Positions 60,501 to 64,000 of a stretch of DNA of 64,000 bases are shown piece after piece. Below the pieces are notes generated by a model, which had not been told where the DNA came from, made no database searches, and was given only the letters and a program-made list of their open reading frames with translations. The position numbers and the translations under genes were made by a program. Within the stretch, counting starts at the first letter, position 1. Each line of letters starts with the position of its first letter. Origin of the DNA: Eubacteriales bacterium (GTDB lineage: Bacteria > Bacillota > Clostridia > Oscillospirales > CAG-382); assembly GCA_045600125.1 (NCBI GenBank), contig JAZRXH010000119.1:1513-65512 (forward strand). Direction: 5' to 3'.

Positions 60501-61629
60501 AAAGCCGATCATCTCCCGTTCTCCCTTTGACGGTGCCAAGACCGGTACATGGACTCTCACCGATATTCCCAACGTATACAAGTACAGCGAGAACATGACC
60601 AACGACATCGGCTCCATCTCCTTCAACAACGAAACCTACACCGAAAAGTATGCGCAGAGAGTACACTTCGGCTATACCTCCGACAACAAGGCATACCTTG
60701 GCGGTGCCGTTGTGGACAATCCTCTCACCAAGCTCACAAACGACCTCGATTACTGGCACGACCTCGGCGGTCCCGTTCTGACGGCTTCCAAGGGTACGCT
60801 GTATCTCAGAAGTGACAGCGGTAACCCCGCCGAGCGCTTCTCCAACATCGAGTTCAACCCCAACGGACATACCATCAGGATCGGCGGCAACAACGTCACC
60901 ATTGATAACCTTGACATTCGTCATGCCGGTTCTCACGGTATCAGCGCCGGCACCGTTGCAAACCTGAAGGTCACCAACTGCGTGATCCTCTGGATCGGCG
61001 GCACGGCTCAGAATTACACGGCGAAGGACGGCATCAAGTGGCCCACAAGATTCGGTAACTCCGTGGAGGTTTACGGCGGCTGTGACGGTTATCTCATCGA
61101 CCACTGCTACATCGATCAGGCATACGACGCCGGTGTAACGCATCAGTACTCCGATTCTTCCGCAGGCGACTGCATCATGAAGAACGTGACCTACTCGAAC
61201 AACCTTATCCTCAACTGCGTATACTCCATCGAGTACTTCAACCGTAAGAACGCCGGTACCACCAGATACCTGTCGAACATCAAGATCAACAACAACATCT
61301 GCCGCTACGCAGGCTACGGCTTCGGTATCACCCGTCCCGACGGCGGTATGATCGGTCACTTCCGTTCCGGCACCATCGTTCCCGATACGGCTGACTTCGT
61401 GGTCGAGAACAACATCTTCGACCGCTCCACGGGCAATATGTTCTATCTTGCAGCCGGCGGCGACGAAGAGATCCAGTGGAAGAACAATACCTACATCCAG
61501 TACTACGGCGATCTCTACGGAACCATCAAGGGCGCTAAGACCATGTACAACGGCGTCATTGCCGAGTCCGTAAAGGCAGGCTTCAAGTATCCTGAGGTAG
61601 GCGGTACCTATTACTTCATGAAGAAGTAA
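57574..61629 (+). CDS. Large secreted S-layer-homology protein with a duplicated N-domain and C-terminal right-handed beta-helix
   Basis: Signal peptide; SLH motifs (FRPENDITIAE, ITRAEF, FKPENSITRAEV); YYVSTSGDDANDG...GDVVYFKRG; duplicated VTSVYDGVDYR...YGGSACDLS. Confidence 0.85.
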   Translation: MKKATKLLSLVLSLLLAVTAFAVVPAYAEPSGTAVVFVKDGGDGSGASADSPLGSVSTAATTIARAGGGTIVVCGEATVSGNTAFGTRAGTTIKVTSVYDGVDYREKGAKFILGKAWTNFESREAFEFDDIEIAVMGNNCSFYADGYPITFGRGVTTSLIDQDEKKAANWPNVYGGSACDLSGTDNWPANTSVTVLGGTYNLVVTCGKGDSRGDRPSKDGSLSIGENVTIMGKGTFCDNPVNAAVEGKKILVVNGGTADKADVAEADITITATGNGYVQSLREGVVNLCADSGYAAKIDGEFVVNGEYSYEGASLKVSFEKSDINKAAELAKSRPQMPAAFPGEYIKGYSEPDGTHTFRPENDITIAEATTILVRLMTTEEKVAGKYQTDKANPGDWFYDNVASLDAFGFFDAFDNFDGDRAITRAEFVQLIVLSKKLQKNTDEVEFTDVAADYKYADAIKESTEAGLIKGYKNDDGSHSFKPENSITRAEVVTIINRVFGMADLAPIKYKNMIPAFTDVDPLHWAAYQIIAAAGGKEKPKEEVKLEGTGNVEFAVEGPVVFADDSMPAENDGLTPKTALPYDKAKNLLGDKGGTIVLSGQAHLASNYFLGGIHTGTVLVTSVYDGVDYRSENDAAFIYEASWKNLSCGGDVILDNVAIISKGANCSIYADNHHLTVGKDVVCVLEEGGAYPTIYGGSACDLSATRNYIGSEDTTVSHTGDYNGHVTVNGGTWTGVYGGGKGTTEKPRESNCAVVEIGPDAKVGSVDGRALNEQALVHGLKTIILNNTDAYPVDDSYDVIVSVSGDGCAEAIAQDKESVTIKVTAADGKPVEGLENDTYTFKGEGSMAVTLDAAGNKAVIAGKGDIAVDDGNVTYITDAELAAIDAKAEALKNEILNTKTTVKPANGGKAYYVSTSGDDANDGLSEAKPIKSIDKVNTLSLGAGDVVYFKRGDMWRTLTTLSAKSGVTYSAYGEGAKPIISRSPFDGAKTGTWTLTDIPNVYKYSENMTNDIGSISFNNETYTEKYAQRVHFGYTSDNKAYLGGAVVDNPLTKLTNDLDYWHDLGGPVLTASKGTLYLRSDSGNPAERFSNIEFNPNGHTIRIGGNNVTIDNLDIRHAGSHGISAGTVANLKVTNCVILWIGGTAQNYTAKDGIKWPTRFGNSVEVYGGCDGYLIDHCYIDQAYDAGVTHQYSDSSAGDCIMKNVTYSNNLILNCVYSIEYFNRKNAGTTRYLSNIKINNNICRYAGYGFGITRPDGGMIGHFRSGTIVPDTADFVVENNIFDRSTGNMFYLAAGGDEEIQWKNNTYIQYYGDLYGTIKGAKTMYNGVIAESVKAGFKYPEVGGTYYFMKK

Positions 61630-61653
61630 GAAAATCGAGACCCTGCCTCAGGC

Positions 61654-61782
61654 AAAACCGGGAGTGCATATTCCCGAGTATAGTCCCGCTTTGCCGCCAT
61701 AAATCCGAGCGGCAAAGCTCGTGGGTAAATCATAAACAATCAGTTACTACTGTCCGATGCGGCGAGAAAGCAGCGCCGCATC
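61654..61782 (-). repeat. Modular repeat, copy 12
   Basis: CCCGCTTTGCCGCCATAAATCCGAGCGGCAAAGCTC; CTACTGTCCG. Confidence 0.8.
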
Positions 61783-62028
61783 GGATATTTGTTTTTGAGG
61801 AATGCGCATTTATGTAGTGCGCCGAAACACCCGGCATAAAAAAGCCAGAAAGAGGGAAAACTTTTCCGGTTTTCTTTCCCCGCTTGACAAGCCGGGGCGA
61901 AAATGGTACAATAACGGAAAAGCGGCAAAGGGCGCCTTTATTCCGGAGATGAGCAAAAAGCCCTTTTCTATGAAACGACGAAAACGGAATAACGAAAACT
62001 TGAAAACAGTGCGGGGAACGATAACGAT

Positions 62029-63255
62029 ATGGAATTTATCAATTCATCTTCTTATTTTGTCCCGGTCTTTCTGGGAGACTATGTAAAATTTAATAAAGGC
62101 ATCGGCAAGGATCCGAACTGGGAACAAGTCAGCAACGATACCATCAAGCTCCCGTATCTGATGAATTACGTGACCGATCTTGCGCATGATCCGAAAAAGT
62201 ACGCCGAATATCACTATACGGATCTCGGCAAAGTTTCGGAAACGCTTTTTACGGGAAAAATGTTTTCCCAAAAAAGCACAGCGGTAAAGCTTCTGGACGT
62301 GCGTTTTTCCTGCTTCTCCACCGATATCGGATTCCTTGAATTCCGGATTTCCTACGGTGATATGTCTCTTTATGAGATCGCCGATTTTGCCTACGAGTTC
62401 AAGAAGGCAAAAAAGTCCGGAATGTACGAAACGGCGAAAAAACTTGCCGCACTTACCGGGGAAGAGAAGATATTCTTCACAAGTACCGTTGACTTCAAAT
62501 ACGAGTGTATGTGCTTCCATATGATCATGGCAGAGGGAGTCCCGGAGAAGGAACTGGAAGCCGGGCTGAACCTTTTGAAACGGACGTACAGCTCCGGCTT
62601 TGCCGACGGACGCAACAGCGAAAACGACCCCGACATGATCTACAGACCCTATGCTTACGACAACTGGGCGGGAAGTCAGGAGGGACTTGTGAACATCGTC
62701 ACCGATGCGGGACCCGGGAACACGCAGGCGAATTTTTATCTGAAGAATTATCTGTATGAGAATCTTACCTCGGATTATCGGATGCTGTACCTGCTTCTTC
62801 TGGATCAGCGCTTCTGCGCCTTGAAGTGCATCGCAGATATCGCTTCCACCGACGATAAAGAGACGAAACGCCTTGAACACCTCGAAAAAATGATCATCCG
62901 CCTGAAAACCGAGTTTTCCTTCCGGGTGCTCTCTGACGATATGCAGTATCAGAACATCTACTCCATGATGTATGAAATTCTCAATATCGATTCCCTTTTG
63001 ACCGACATCCATGAAAACGAAAGCCGCATGGCAGCTCTCAAGAGCGCCGAGATGGCGAAGACCGAAAGCATAACCAATCTTGTCCTTTTTTGCTTATCCA
63101 TTTTGTCGGTTTTTTCTGCTCTTATTGACGCCGCAAGCTATTTCGACCGATTTGAGCACCTTACTGAAATTTCGACCGTGCTGAGCATTTTCGGGGCGGT
63201 TGTACTGCCTTGTGCAGTGTTCGTTGTTATTTTTGCCAAAAGGAAGCGAAAATAG
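62029..63255 (+). CDS. Hypothetical protein with CorA-like architecture (soluble domain, long helix, 2 C-terminal TM)
   Basis: LLLLDQRF..., helical stalk, two C-terminal hydrophobic segments, basic tail KRKRK; TTGACA...TACAAT promoter upstream. Confidence 0.6.
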   Translation: MEFINSSSYFVPVFLGDYVKFNKGIGKDPNWEQVSNDTIKLPYLMNYVTDLAHDPKKYAEYHYTDLGKVSETLFTGKMFSQKSTAVKLLDVRFSCFSTDIGFLEFRISYGDMSLYEIADFAYEFKKAKKSGMYETAKKLAALTGEEKIFFTSTVDFKYECMCFHMIMAEGVPEKELEAGLNLLKRTYSSGFADGRNSENDPDMIYRPYAYDNWAGSQEGLVNIVTDAGPGNTQANFYLKNYLYENLTSDYRMLYLLLLDQRFCALKCIADIASTDDKETKRLEHLEKMIIRLKTEFSFRVLSDDMQYQNIYSMMYEILNIDSLLTDIHENESRMAALKSAEMAKTESITNLVLFCLSILSVFSALIDAASYFDRFEHLTEISTVLSIFGAVVLPCAVFVVIFAKRKRK

Positions 63256-63311
63256 TGCTGTGCTTTATGTCGAAAAGAAAATCCGAACAGCAAGTCCGCC
63301 CCCGGACGGAC

Positions 63312-63470
63312 TTTATTTTGTTGCGTGATGGCGGCTTTCGACGCATCGAGCTCGCCCTGCACGGCCTTCAGCCTGTCGGCTTCCGCACCGATGGCTTTGC
63401 CGTGCTCCGCCATGATCTTGTCGATGCTCTCGTCGGACAGCTCAAGACCCTTGAGGAATTCTCTTTTCAT
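63312..63470 (-). pseudogene. Truncated phage scaffolding protein (Phage_GP20-like)
   Basis: MKREFLKGLELSDESIDKIMAEHGK N-terminus with GGAG RBS; after ~53 aa the frame runs into unrelated sequence antisense to the neighbouring gene. Confidence 0.75.
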
Positions 63471-63623
63471 GTTATTCTCCCCGGCTACACTTTTTAACGT
63501 GGCATTGCCCACGGAGCCGTGCACCGTTTACGCCGGGTGCTGCGGCGAATTTGTATAACAAAAGCCCGACAACAGAAGTTTTCTGTTGCCGAGCTTCGGT
63601 TATTAACTTGTTTTTGAATTGCG

Positions 63624-63678
63624 AAAATTCGCTTCAACGAGTGAAAAACAGTGAAAATTCACTTCAACGAGTGAAAAA
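63624..63678. repeat. 30-bp-period direct repeat
   Basis: AAAATTC(G/A)CTTCAACGAGTGAAAAA x2. Confidence 0.7.
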
Positions 63679-63724
63679 TATCATATTCATTCAATTTCAT
63701 CTTTAACTTGCTCTCTGCAATTTG

Positions 63725-63964
63725 TCAATACCACATCAGCAGATAATTCTCTGCTTTTTTCTCTTTTTCTTCATACATCTCTTGAAGTAGGAACCTTGCT
63801 TTCGACGCATGCAAGGTGCAATGCTCGTATCCCGGCGGAAGCGTATATTGATACTCGCCGGAAGCAAAGTTAACCGTTAGCGTTCCGCTTTCCTCGCTTC
63901 CTTCCGGATAAATATTACAGCTTTCCGTGCTTTTGTCAATTTTTATGTTTTTTATCCAAACCAT
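63725..63964 (-). CDS. Small hypothetical protein, prophage-associated
   Basis: GAGG RBS, 79 aa, lower GC, upstream of the phage scaffold remnant. Confidence 0.65.
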   Translation of the reverse strand: MVWIKNIKIDKSTESCNIYPEGSEESGTLTVNFASGEYQYTLPPGYEHCTLHASKARFLLQEMYEEKEKKAENYLLMWY

Positions 63965-64000
63965 AGAACTTCCTCGTTTCGTCTCCGTAATTAAACACTT

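Noticed and set aside
63490-63515. Pistol ribozyme (CGTGG-N6-CCACG-TTAAA resembles its P1)
   Set aside because: No downstream complement to the loop for the required pseudoknot, and no P2/P3

Overview
A GC-rich Clostridia-type (Oscillospirales/Ruminococcaceae-like, sporulation-capable) chromosomal window. Housekeeping genes: mutY, tsaE, galK, soj, spoIIP, rsmA, prfB, trmB, a sigH-like sigma factor, ruvX, fumC and 3 tRNAs. Cytoplasmic glycosidases: GH20, GH36 and two GH29. Surface proteins: a cohesin/dockerin pair and a 1351-aa SLH/beta-helix protein. A prophage remnant begins at the right edge. The most notable features are non-coding: (1) a ~1.15 kb ORF-less, hairpin-dense element at 49.2-50.4 kb bracketed by inverted ~60-bp repeat arrays; (2) a modular palindromic intergenic repeat family at about 12 loci whose hairpins show compensatory changes; (3) a yybP-ykoY (Mn2+) riboswitch with an overlapping terminator upstream of a flotillin gene; (4) a GTGAAAT/ATTTCAC hairpin ladder; (5) a DnaA-box cluster with no adjacent dnaA; (6) several other candidate structured RNAs. 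All calls come from reading the sequence and the ORF track. No database search or folding program was run, and repeat boundaries are approximate.
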